Source: an uncultured Gemmatimonadales bacterium (GTDB lineage Bacteria; Gemmatimonadota; Gemmatimonadetes; Gemmatimonadales; JACORV01). Taken from it: 64,000 bases of DNA. This document shows, piece by piece, positions 36,375 to 47,268 of the stretch. Where the stretch lies: NCBI GenBank assembly GCA_963806755.1, contig CAWDZR010000031.1, forward strand, positions 1,385-65,384, in the 5' to 3' direction. The notes beneath the pieces were generated by a model that was given only the letters and a program-made list of their open reading frames with translations, made no database searches and was not told the DNA's origin. The first letter of the stretch is position 1; each line of letters begins with the position of its first letter. The translations under genes were made by a program, and so were the position numbers.

Positions 36375-38540
36375 TCACAGCCCGGTCTGGGCGGTGACCA
36401 TCACGCTGCGCGGCGCGCCCTGGTTGCGCTCCATCACGTCCACGTACCGGGCCTGCAGCAGGTTCGAGACCTTGGCGTAGAGCGTCACGCCGCGCACCCG
36501 GGCGCCGAGGCGCACGTCCACCGTCGTGATGTCGCCGCGCGGATCGAGCGGGTACTCCAGCACCTGCTCGATGCGGCTGCGGTACTGCACGTCCAGGCCC
36601 GCCAGTCCGCCCAGCACGTCCATCGAAGCCGTCACGGTGTGCCGCGAGCGGTACGGCAGCGGCAGGCCGGTCGAATCGTCGCGGGTGTCGAGGTAGAGGT
36701 AGTTGCAGCTCAGGTCCACGCGGCGGTCCGCCACGCTCACCTTGGCGGTGGCGTCCACGCCCCGCACCTGGGCGCGCTGCACGTTCTGGAAGCTGAAGGT
36801 CAGCGGCTGGCCCGGCACGCCCGCCGGGCCGATCAGCCCGCGATACCAGGACTGGAACAGCGCGCCGTCGAGCCACACGTTCCCGAGCGAGGCGGAACCG
36901 CCGACCTCCCCCGACCAGGCCGTCTCGCCGTGCAGCGAGGGGTTGGGAACCACGCGCGCCCCCTGCTGCGTCGTCGCGACGAACTGCTCGATCACGCTCG
37001 GCGCCCGGTACCCGCGGCCGAACGAGGCGCGCAGCGCGAACGGGCCGTCGGGCGTGTAGGCCGCGCTCAGCTTGGGGTTGACGGTCTCCTCGGCGCGCCC
37101 GCCGTCCGCGTGGTGGTAGTCGAGCCGCACCCCGGCCGTGACCTTCAGCACCGGCGTGACCTCCAGCTCCTCCTGGCCGTAGGGCGCGGCGTCGGTGAGC
37201 CACTTATAGCCGTAGTACGACGAGTTGACCGCGGTGCCGGCGACGTCCACGCCGGTCGTGACCGCGTGCTCCGAGCCCGGGTTGAAGGCGAGCTGCGTAT
37301 TGAGCTCGCTGCGCAGCGCCTCGTGCCAGTTGCGGCTGTCGTGCATGTGGTCCCGCACGCCGACGTACGACAGGGAGGGCTCGAGCTTGAGCAGCGCCCG
37401 GCTCCCCGCCACCGCCGCGTAGCTCGCCCCCGCCAGCAGGTGATTGACGCGGTTCCAGTCGCCGAGCGCGACCGGCGGGACCTCGTAGGGCTCGCTGTCC
37501 GAGAGCCAGCTGTAGAACTGGCCGGAGCGGATCGTGGCCCAGATCACGTAGGCGTCCCAGGGGTGGGTGGCCCCCGGCAGCGACGTCAGCTTCAGCCGCG
37601 CCAGGTAGCGCGAGAACTCGCCGTTCTGCTGGTAGCCGTCCGAGGCCTCCCGCCCGAGCGCGAGCCGGATCCCCACCGGGCCGGCCACCAGCGAGTGCTG
37701 CAGGTCGAGGCCCCAGTAGTCCGGGCGGGGCCCTCCGAAGCGGAACTCGCCCGGCACGTCATAGACCCCATAGACGAGCCGCATCTCGGTCGCGGGTCGC
37801 GGGGCCACCGGCGCCGTGATCAGGTTCACGACCCCGCCCATGGCCGAGCTGCCGTACAGCGCCGACTGGCTGCCCTTCACCACCTCGACCCGCTCGACGT
37901 CCATGATCGGCAGGTCCTCGTAGTCGATCTCCCCGCCGTCGCCGGTGAGGACCGGGTGGCCGTCGAGCAGCATCAGCACCCGGCTCCCGATGCCTTCGGA
38001 GACGCCGGACGCGCCGCGGATGTCCACCTCCCCGTGCTCCATGTCCACGCCGGGCACGAAGGACAGCGCGTCCTGGACCTCGACCGCGCCGTGGCGCAGG
38101 AGGTCCGCCTTCTGCAGCACGGCGACGCTCACCGACGACTCGCCCACCCGCTGGGCGCTGCCGGTCGCCGTGACGTCGATGCCCGCCAGCTCGAGGGGCT
38201 CGCGCGTCATGACGATCCGGACCTGGAGCGTGTCGCCCGCGGTCACGGCCAGGCCCCGGAGGACGACGGGCGTGAACCCGATGGCGAGCGCGCGCACCGC
38301 GTACGACCCGGGGCCGAGCCCGGCGAACGTGAACGCGCCCTGCTCGTCGCTGGCGGCGGTGAGCTGTGTGCCGGGGAGGAGGACGTGGGCGCCGACGACC
38401 GCGCTGTCGGTCGCGCTGTCCACGACGACGCCGTGAATGGTCCCTTCGGTCGGCGGGTTCTGCGAAACCAGGCGGCCCGCCGCCATCGTCGCGGCCAGGA
38501 GGCCGAGCCCTGCCGTCAGCGCGACGCGTCGCGCGGTCAT
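36375..38540 (-). CDS. TonB-dependent receptor with N-terminal carboxypeptidase-regulatory-like domain
   Basis: 721 aa. GTIHGVVVDSATDSAVVGAHVLLPGTQLTAASDEQGAFTFAGLGPGSY is CarboxypepD_reg-like. The plug is ...LSFVPGVDMEHGEVDIRGASG...VERVEVVKGSQSALYGSSAMGGVVNLIT. The C-terminal beta-barrel ends ...SVMVTAQTGL. Confidence 0.85.
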   Translation of the reverse strand: MTARRVALTAGLGLLAATMAAGRLVSQNPPTEGTIHGVVVDSATDSAVVGAHVLLPGTQLTAASDEQGAFTFAGLGPGSYAVRALAIGFTPVVLRGLAVTAGDTLQVRIVMTREPLELAGIDVTATGSAQRVGESSVSVAVLQKADLLRHGAVEVQDALSFVPGVDMEHGEVDIRGASGVSEGIGSRVLMLLDGHPVLTGDGGEIDYEDLPIMDVERVEVVKGSQSALYGSSAMGGVVNLITAPVAPRPATEMRLVYGVYDVPGEFRFGGPRPDYWGLDLQHSLVAGPVGIRLALGREASDGYQQNGEFSRYLARLKLTSLPGATHPWDAYVIWATIRSGQFYSWLSDSEPYEVPPVALGDWNRVNHLLAGASYAAVAGSRALLKLEPSLSYVGVRDHMHDSRNWHEALRSELNTQLAFNPGSEHAVTTGVDVAGTAVNSSYYGYKWLTDAAPYGQEELEVTPVLKVTAGVRLDYHHADGGRAEETVNPKLSAAYTPDGPFALRASFGRGYRAPSVIEQFVATTQQGARVVPNPSLHGETAWSGEVGGSASLGNVWLDGALFQSWYRGLIGPAGVPGQPLTFSFQNVQRAQVRGVDATAKVSVADRRVDLSCNYLYLDTRDDSTGLPLPYRSRHTVTASMDVLGGLAGLDVQYRSRIEQVLEYPLDPRGDITTVDVRLGARVRGVTLYAKVSNLLQARYVDVMERNQGAPRSVMVTAQTGL

Positions 38541-38544
38541 GGGG

Positions 38545-38967
38545 TCAGGACGTCTTCGTCCAGGCGCTCGTCACTGCCAGTCCGCCGGCGGTGCCGCTGA
38601 CGGTCAGCACGCCGTTACGGAGAATGAACGTGCCGACGAACTGCGGCTGCCCCAGCACCGAGTTCTGGCTGATGCATGCGGAGCCCTGGATCCGGTACGT
38701 CCCGCTGTCGGGGATCGTCCCCGCCCCCGGGACGTTGATGTCCGCCCCGTAGGTGCTGTCGGCGTTGAGGCGCAATTCGCCGGTAGCCCCTGCCTGAGCG
38801 CCCCCGCTGACGACATACGAATCCAGGCTGTAGGTGCCGACGAGGGCCGGAGGCGTGCCGCTGCCGCAGGAATTCGTGCCGGTGCTGGATTTGCACGCCG
38901 CGGCGAAGGCCAGCGCGCCTGCGACCGCGAGCGCGGCGAGGGCGAACGAGAGACGCGAACCGCTCAC
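38545..38967 (-). CDS. small lipoprotein (paralog of 35793..36230)
   Basis: GTG 38967 is preceded by GGAGGTCCT. VSGSRLSFALAALAVAGALAFAAAC carries a lipobox. The stop is 4 nt before the TonB-receptor start. Remaining upstream part of ORF 38545..39597 is an artefact. Confidence 0.6.
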   Translation of the reverse strand: MSGSRLSFALAALAVAGALAFAAACKSSTGTNSCGSGTPPALVGTYSLDSYVVSGGAQAGATGELRLNADSTYGADINVPGAGTIPDSGTYRIQGSACISQNSVLGQPQFVGTFILRNGVLTVSGTAGGLAVTSAWTKTS

Positions 38968-39130
38968 AGGACCTCCGCGCGATGGATGATCGGGTGCCCC
39001 GACCGGGCCACGCCATACGATATGCGAGCAGCCGTGCCCGCGCCAAGCCCCAGTCCACCGGACGCCCTGGCCGGGCGCCGCGGCCCCGTTTAGTGTACAC
39101 CGTTGATCCCCCTGCATTCCGGAGTCCCGC

Positions 39131-39637
39131 ATGGCGTTCACCGATCTGCTCCTACCCGAATTCGACGAGGAAATGGCGGCCACCCGCCGGATGCTCGAGC
39201 GCGTACCCGACGGCAAAGGGTCGTGGCAGCCCCACGCCCGGAGCATGACCCTGGGCCGGCTGGCTACCCACGTGGCCGAGGTCCCGGGCTGGACCGCCCG
39301 GTCGCTCACGCTGAGCGAGTTCGACATCGCGCCGCCCGGCGGGCCGCCGCTGCAGCCGCGCACCCTGAACACCACGGCCGAGATCCTGGCCGTGTTCGAC
39401 GAGAACGTCGCCGCCGGGCGCCGGGCGCTCGCCGCGGCCAGCGACGCCGAGTTCTCCAAGCCGTGGACGTTCAAGCGCGGCGGGCAGGTGATCTGGACCA
39501 AGCCGCGGCACGAGGTCTTCCGGCGCATGGGCATCAACCACATGGTGCACCACCGGGCGCAGCTCGGCGTGTACCTTCGGCTCCAGGAGGTCCCCATTCC
39601 GGGGATGTACGGGCCGTCGGCCGACGAGAAGCGGTGA
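39131..39637 (+). CDS. DinB-family protein
   Basis: 168 aa. ...[17 protein letters not shown]...[22 protein letters not shown] is typical of the DinB superfamily. Confidence 0.8.
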   Translation: MAFTDLLLPEFDEEMAATRRMLERVPDGKGSWQPHARSMTLGRLATHVAEVPGWTARSLTLSEFDIAPPGGPPLQPRTLNTTAEILAVFDENVAAGRRALAAASDAEFSKPWTFKRGGQVIWTKPRHEVFRRMGINHMVHHRAQLGVYLRLQEVPIPGMYGPSADEKR

Positions 39638-39644
39638 GGGAGCG

Positions 39645-40631
39645 ATGCGCACCCGCACGCTGGGCAGCCAGGGGCTGACGGTCACGGCCCTCGGCCTGGG
39701 CTGCATGGGGATGTCGGACTTCTACGCCGGGCGCGACGACGCCGAGTCGGTCGCGACCGTGCATCGCGCCCTCGACCTGGGCTGCACCTTCCTCGACACG
39801 GCCGACGTTTACGGCCCGTACACCAACGAGGAGCTGGTGGGCCGCGCCATCAAGGGGCGGCGGCACGAGATCGTGCTGGCGACCAAGTTCGGCAACGTCC
39901 GCACGCCGGACGGCAAGTGGGCCGGCGTGAACGGCCGCCCGGAGTACGTGAAGCAGGCGTGCGATGCCTCGCTCCAGCGCCTCGGCGTGGACCACGTGGA
40001 CCTCTACCAGCAACACCGGGTGGACCGCTCCGTGCCCATCGAGGAGACCGTGGGCGCGATGGCGGACCTGGTGCACGCGGGCAAGGTACGCTTCCTCGGC
40101 CTCTCCGAGGCCTCGGCCGCGACGATCCGCCGCGCGCACCGCGCCCACCCGATCTCCTCAGTGCAGACCGAGTACTCGCTGTGGACGCGCGACCCCGAGG
40201 ACGAGGTCCTGCCCACCTGCCGCGAGCTGGGGATCGGCTTCATCGCCTACAGCCCGCTGGGCCGCGGGTTCCTCACCGGCCGGTTCCGGACGCTCGAGGA
40301 CCTGCCCGCGGACGACTACCGCCGGTTCCACCCGCGGTTCCAGGGCGAGAACTTCCAGAAGAACCTCGACCTCCTGGCGCGGGTGCGCGAGATCGCCGCG
40401 GAGAAGCAGTGCACGCCCGGCCAGCTGGCGCTCGCGTGGCTGCTGGCGCGGGGCGAGGACGTCGTGCCCATCCCCGGAACGAAGCGGCGGGCGTATCTGG
40501 AGGAGAACCTGAAGGCGGAGGACGTGAAGCTGAGCGCGGCCGACCTGGCGCGCATCGAAGCGGCGTTCCCGCCGGGCCTCGCCGCGGGGCCGCGCTACGC
40601 GGCGCAGGCGATGGTGAGCATCAACGGGTGA
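39645..40631 (+). CDS. aldo/keto reductase
   Basis: 328 aa. [23 protein letters not shown]..., [18 protein letters not shown] and LATKFG are canonical AKR motifs. Confidence 0.9.
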   Translation: MRTRTLGSQGLTVTALGLGCMGMSDFYAGRDDAESVATVHRALDLGCTFLDTADVYGPYTNEELVGRAIKGRRHEIVLATKFGNVRTPDGKWAGVNGRPEYVKQACDASLQRLGVDHVDLYQQHRVDRSVPIEETVGAMADLVHAGKVRFLGLSEASAATIRRAHRAHPISSVQTEYSLWTRDPEDEVLPTCRELGIGFIAYSPLGRGFLTGRFRTLEDLPADDYRRFHPRFQGENFQKNLDLLARVREIAAEKQCTPGQLALAWLLARGEDVVPIPGTKRRAYLEENLKAEDVKLSAADLARIEAAFPPGLAAGPRYAAQAMVSING

Positions 40632-40637
40632 ACGACA

Positions 40638-40723
40638 GGTTGTAGGTAATGGGTGGTAGGTGGTAGGTGGTAGGTGGTGGGTGGTGGGGCGCCCCTACGA
40701 CCCACAACCCATCACCCACCACC
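40638..40723. repeat. Hairpin of (GGTGGTA)n heptamers with complementary C-rich arm, between convergent genes
   Basis: The left arm is ggttgta ggtaatg ggtggta ggtggta ggtggta ggtggtg ggtggtg, mostly in period 7. The central perfect palindrome is GGGGCGCCCC (40686-40695). The right arm is cctacga cccacaa cccatca cccacca cc. Confidence 0.85.
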
Positions 40724-40732
40724 TTCTTTCGT

Positions 40733-41851
40733 TCATTCCGTCACGCGGTACCTCACCTGCATCCCCGCCGCGAGGTGCAGGGACACGTGGCAGTGGTAGA
40801 GCCACGTGCCCGGGTTGTCCGGCACCATGTCGGCCACGATCATCTGCATCGGCCCTATCTCCGCCACGTCGGTCCGCATGTTCCCGATCAGCACCGTGTT
40901 GCCGTGCCAGTGCGGCGCGTGCCCGTCGAAGTCGTTCGTCGAGGCGAAGAGATACCAGCGCACCCGCTCGCCCTTCTTCATCGTCAGGTCCTCGAGCGGC
41001 AGCGAGCCGTGGTCGTAGCCGTTGATCGCGAAGCGCACGAAGTAGGGATAGATGTTCTGCAGCTGGCCGGGGTTCGGCACGGTGCTCGTGTCCCAGCCCC
41101 TGGGGATGTTGGCGCCCGCCAGCCAGCTGTTCTCCTCGTGCACCTGTACGTAGGCGGTGACGAACTCGCGGTCCACGTCCACCGGGGAGCCGTCGGCCCG
41201 CGCCTTGCCGCGCGCCGTGATGATGATCGGGCCGATCAGCCCCGAGTTCACGTCGCGGATCTCGTCCACGTGCGAGTGGTACATCCATACGACCGAGCTG
41301 CCGTCCATCGGCCCGGGGCCGGCCCGCTCGGGCACCGGCCACACGTACACGTGCGTGCCGCCGGGCGGGACGGCGTCGTCGGCCTTGTCGGCGCCCGAGG
41401 TGCCGTCGGCGTACGGCGCTCCCTCGGAGTTCTTCGCGTAGAACACCCCGTGCGGATGCACGCTGAAGGGGTGGCTCGCGTTGTTGCGGAACACCACCCG
41501 GATCGTATCGCCCACGACCGCGCGGATCAGCGGTCCCAGGAAGCCGAGGTGCTGCCACTCCGGCGGCCGCGGCTTCAGCGTCCGGAACGTGCTGTCCGTG
41601 TACTCGCGGTAGAGGATCTTCCAGTAGCGTGTGCCGACCGGCTTCGGCCGGCCCTGCTTGAAGAAGGCGCTGTCCTGGTACGGCTGGCCCGTGATGCCGT
41701 TCACCGCGCCGGGCACGTAGTCCCACGCCACGCTGTCCGCGGCGATGTAGTACGTGCGGGTCACGCTCTTCGGGCCTGCGGTGCAGCCGGCCAGCATCGC
41801 GGCGAGCGCCAGCAGCGCTGCCGCGGACCGCGTCAGGACGCGGTGCGACAT
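40733..41851 (-). CDS. two-domain multicopper oxidase, ceruloplasmin-like, lipoprotein
   Basis: ATG 41851 is preceded by GGAGG. Lipobox LAAMLAGC. RTYYIAADSVAWDYVP resembles the ceruloplasmin/FV-FVIII A-domain hallmark. The Cu ligand motifs are HPFSVHPHG, WMYHSHVD, HAPHWHGN and LYHCHVSLHLAAGM. Confidence 0.8.
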   Translation of the reverse strand: MSHRVLTRSAAALLALAAMLAGCTAGPKSVTRTYYIAADSVAWDYVPGAVNGITGQPYQDSAFFKQGRPKPVGTRYWKILYREYTDSTFRTLKPRPPEWQHLGFLGPLIRAVVGDTIRVVFRNNASHPFSVHPHGVFYAKNSEGAPYADGTSGADKADDAVPPGGTHVYVWPVPERAGPGPMDGSSVVWMYHSHVDEIRDVNSGLIGPIIITARGKARADGSPVDVDREFVTAYVQVHEENSWLAGANIPRGWDTSTVPNPGQLQNIYPYFVRFAINGYDHGSLPLEDLTMKKGERVRWYLFASTNDFDGHAPHWHGNTVLIGNMRTDVAEIGPMQMIVADMVPDNPGTWLYHCHVSLHLAAGMQVRYRVTE

Positions 41852-41916
41852 GGTGCCTCCGAGCTTCGAGATGCGTGTTGCGGGAACGACGGAAAGTGCG
41901 TGCGGAAAGTCGCCTG

Positions 41917-42387
41917 TCAAGACCCGCGGCCGGCGGCCGGCGGCAGCCGCCGCTCCACCTCCCGCTCCATCGCCTCGAGCCCCTGCTTCGCGAGCACGCG
42001 GCTCACGGAGTCGAGGAGGCGCTGGCCCAGCGCGGCGACTCTCCCGCCCACCTCGAGATTGCCGCGGAAGCGAAGCAGCGTGCCGGCGGCCTCCGCCTCC
42101 AACCGCACCAGGGTGCTGCCGCTGATTCGGCCGAGCCGGCCGAGGCCCTCGATCCGCATGGTGTAGCGCTCGGGCTCCACCACGTCGGCGAGAGTGACGG
42201 TCACGTCGAATTCGGCCGCGACGAGCGGGCCGAGGCCGACCCGCATCTTTCCCTCGTAGCGCCCGGGAGCGACGAGCGCCATGGCCCGCGTGCCGGGCAC
42301 CGTCTTGGTGATGACCGCGGGATCCAGCAGGAGTTGCCAGACGGCTTCGCGCGACCCCGCAAAGCGGTGCTCGCCCTCGACGATCAC
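41917..42387 (-). CDS. SRPBCC-superfamily protein (CoxG-like)
   Basis: 156 aa. MIVEGEHRFAGSREAVWQLLLDPAVITKTVPG...MRVGLGPLVAAEFDVTVTL...GGRVAALGQRLLDSVSRVLAKQGLEAM resembles carbon-monoxide dehydrogenase subunit G-like proteins. Confidence 0.65.
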   Translation of the reverse strand: MIVEGEHRFAGSREAVWQLLLDPAVITKTVPGTRAMALVAPGRYEGKMRVGLGPLVAAEFDVTVTLADVVEPERYTMRIEGLGRLGRISGSTLVRLEAEAAGTLLRFRGNLEVGGRVAALGQRLLDSVSRVLAKQGLEAMEREVERRLPPAAGRGS

Positions 42388-42508
42388 GCTCGCCCTCCCC
42401 TGCCCGTACCCCGTTGCCTGGCGCCGAGTTGCCGCCTGCCGGCAGACCCGGCATCCCAGGCCGGAGCGGAGTTATCCACGTCCCGACGTGGGGATGTGGG
42501 AATTCCTA

Positions 42509-42536
42509 ACTATATGGTCGCCCTTGTGTTACGCAA
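42509..42536 (-). promoter_or_regulatory. candidate sigma70-type promoter for the CoxG-like/MCO genes
   Basis: On the minus strand, TTGCGT (complement of 42531-42536), a 16-nt spacer and TATAGT (complement of 42509-42514). It sits in a locally AT-rich patch about 120 nt upstream of the ATG at 42387. Confidence 0.3.
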
Positions 42537-42596
42537 CGCGCCCGGGGACGTAGGCACTACCCCGGGCGCGCCCCTCCTGTGGATAGTCCGTCGCGG

Positions 42597-44515
42597 CTAC
42601 GGCAACACCGGCAGCACCAGGTGCGACGGGTGCGCCGCCGAGCGGTATATCCGCTGCGTCGTCTTCCGGAAGTCCCCGTCCTTCGCCGTGTAGATGTCCT
42701 CGAACCGCCCCGGGTTCCGGTCCACCATCGGGAACCAGGTGCTCTGCACCTGCACCATCACCCGGTGGCCCGGCAGGAACGTGTGGTACACGTCGTTCAT
42801 GACGAAGTGGACCCGGGTCACCACGCCGGGGCGGAACGGCACCGGGTGCGCCGTGCCGTTCCGGAACTTGCCTCGCATCACGTCGCCGCGGAGCAGCATC
42901 TCGTAGCCGCCCATCCGCGCGGCGCGCGCCGGCCGCCCGTAGGAAAACTCCTGGTCGCGCCCGTAGTCGTCGGGGAAGACGTCGATCACCTTGACGATAT
43001 AGTCCTGGTCCGTGCCCGTGGTCGAGACGTCGAAGTCCACCGTGATGGGCCCGGCGACGGTGAGCGCGGAGTCGAGCGCCGGCGTCTGGTACACCAGGAC
43101 GTCGGGGCGGCGCGCCGCGAAGCGCTGGTCCCCCACCATGAACGCCGGATCGTACCACTGCGTGATCTCGTCCGTGTAGGGCACCGGCTTCATCGGGTCG
43201 CTCACGTACTCGTCGAACGCCGTCGCCCCGCGGGCCCCGCCGGCCCCGCGCTCTTGCGGCGCGCCGAAGGCCAGGGCGCCGCCGGCGCGCAGGTACAGGT
43301 CGCGCGGCTTCGCCTCCGGCGGGGGCCACGCGCCCACGAAGTGCCACCGGTCGCGCCCCGTCTCGAACACCGCGGCCGCGAACGGGCGCGGCGTGGGCTG
43401 CGAGTCGAGCAGGTAGTAGTTGAAGAACGGGATCTCGATGCTGTCGGCGTAGAACTCGGTCGTCGGCGAGCCCCACGCGATCATCCCCAGCGAGTCGCCG
43501 GGCAGGCCGTTCCACTGCCCGTGATGCCAGGGGCCCATCACCAGGCGCATCTCGCCGCCCGGGCTGTGCGCTCCGGGCGGCGGCCTAGCCGTGCAGCGCG
43601 CCCCACAGGTTCTCGGTGTCGAACCAGCCGCCCACGTACAGCATCGCGGGCTTGAGGTCCTTGAGGTGCGGGATCGCGCTGCGGGCCGCCCAGAACGCGT
43701 CCCACTGCGGGTGCGCGACGATCGAGTCCCAGAAGGCCACGCTGTCGTGATAGACGCGCGCGTTCAGGTTCGAGAGCGCCCCGAGCCGCATCGCGTACGC
43801 GTACCCGTCCGGCGTGCCGAAGTCGGGGAACGGCGGCATCACGCTCGTCGGCTGCGGGCGCGGCCGGCCGAAGAAGTTGAAGAAGAACGAGTGCGCCTCG
43901 AGCAGCGCGCCGTTGTGGAAGAAGTCGTCGCCGCCCATCCACTCGGTCACCGGCGCCTGCGGCGAGACGACCTTCACCGCCGGGTGCGCGTCGATGGCGC
44001 CGCCATCTCGGCGTAGAAGCCCGGGTACGACGTGCCGCGCACGCCCACCCGCCCGTTGTTGAACGGGATGTTCTTGATCAGCCAGTCGATCGTGTCGTAG
44101 GTGTCGGTGGTCTCGTCCACGTCCTTGTTCGGTCCGGTGCGCCGACGACCGGCCGCACGTCCTCGAACTCGCCCTCGCTCATCCAGCGCCCGCGCACGTC
44201 CTCGCCGACGATGATGAAGTGCTCGCGGGCGTACGCCGCGGTGATGTGGTCGAGGCCGCGCGGAAACGCGTCCGGCCCGTACGGCAGGTTGCCGTACGGC
44301 GTGCGGATCATGACGATCGGGTGCCGCGCGGTCGTGTCCTTCGGCACGAAGACGCGGGCGTACAGGCGCACGCCGTCCCGCATCGGGATCATCACTTCGC
44401 GCTTCGTGTAGTTGGCGCGGAACCAGCCGGTGTCAGCCTGGGGCGACTGCGCGGTCACGGCCGCGGGCGCGAGGGCGAGGGCGAGCAGGGACAACAGGAC
44501 GGCGAGGCGACGCAT
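42597..44515 (-). pseudogene. CocE/NonD-family hydrolase (X-Pro dipeptidyl-peptidase S15-like) broken by at least three frame disruptions
   Basis: The pieces lie in different frames. The N-terminal piece is 44515..44078 (signal peptide, ...IVGEDVRGRWMSEGEFEDVRP). An unlisted frame reads TGPNKDVDETTDTYDTIDWLIKNIPFNNGRVGVRGTSYPGFYAEMAA. The middle piece is 43977..43585 (IDAHPAVKVVSPQAPVTEWMGGDDFFHNGA...GGWFDTENLWGALHG*). The C-terminal piece is 43550..42597 (RLVMGPWHHGQW...). The breaks are near 44135-44160, 43995-44000 and 43551-43587. Confidence 0.8.
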
Positions 44516-44537
44516 GGAGCCTCCGAAGGCGCGGTGA

Positions 44538-44609
44538 CCTACACCCTACACCCTACACCCTAAACCCGGGGGGGGAAGGGTGTGGGGTGTAGGGTGTGGG
44601 GTGTGGGGG
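44538..44609. repeat. Hairpin of (CCTACAC)n heptamers with complementary G-rich (GTGTRGG)n arm
   Basis: cctacac cctacac cctacac cctaaac cc gggggggg aa ggg tgt gggg tgta ggg tgt gggg tgt ggggg. It lies between the co-directional genes at 44617 (stop) and 44515 (start). Confidence 0.85.
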
Positions 44610-44616
44610 TCCCGCC

Positions 44617-47184
<2,568 letters not shown>

Positions 47185-47200
47185 GCCGACCTCGCACGCA

Positions 47201-47234
47201 AGGAAAATGCCCAGCGACCCGTGGATCGCTGGGC
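47201..47234 (-). terminator. candidate intrinsic terminator/attenuator between the two DUF5916 paralogs
   Basis: GCCCAGCGA (47209-47217) and TCGCTGGGC (47226-47234) form a perfect 9-bp stem with an 8-nt loop. On the minus strand the stem is followed by ATTTTCCT. It lies 35 nt after the upstream stop and only 17 nt before the next ATG (47184). Confidence 0.55.
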
Positions 47235-47268
47235 ACCCTTACGGCCGAACTCTACGCGGAGATTCGAC

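Noticed and set aside
38968-39130. Possible riboswitch (for example cobalamin or TPP) in the leader of the lipoprotein/TonB-receptor cluster.
   Set aside because: I could not find a B12-box, a TPP CUGAGA/ACCUGA core or another riboswitch signature by eye. Only a short GTGTACAC palindrome is present. An Rfam/Infernal scan would be needed to be sure.
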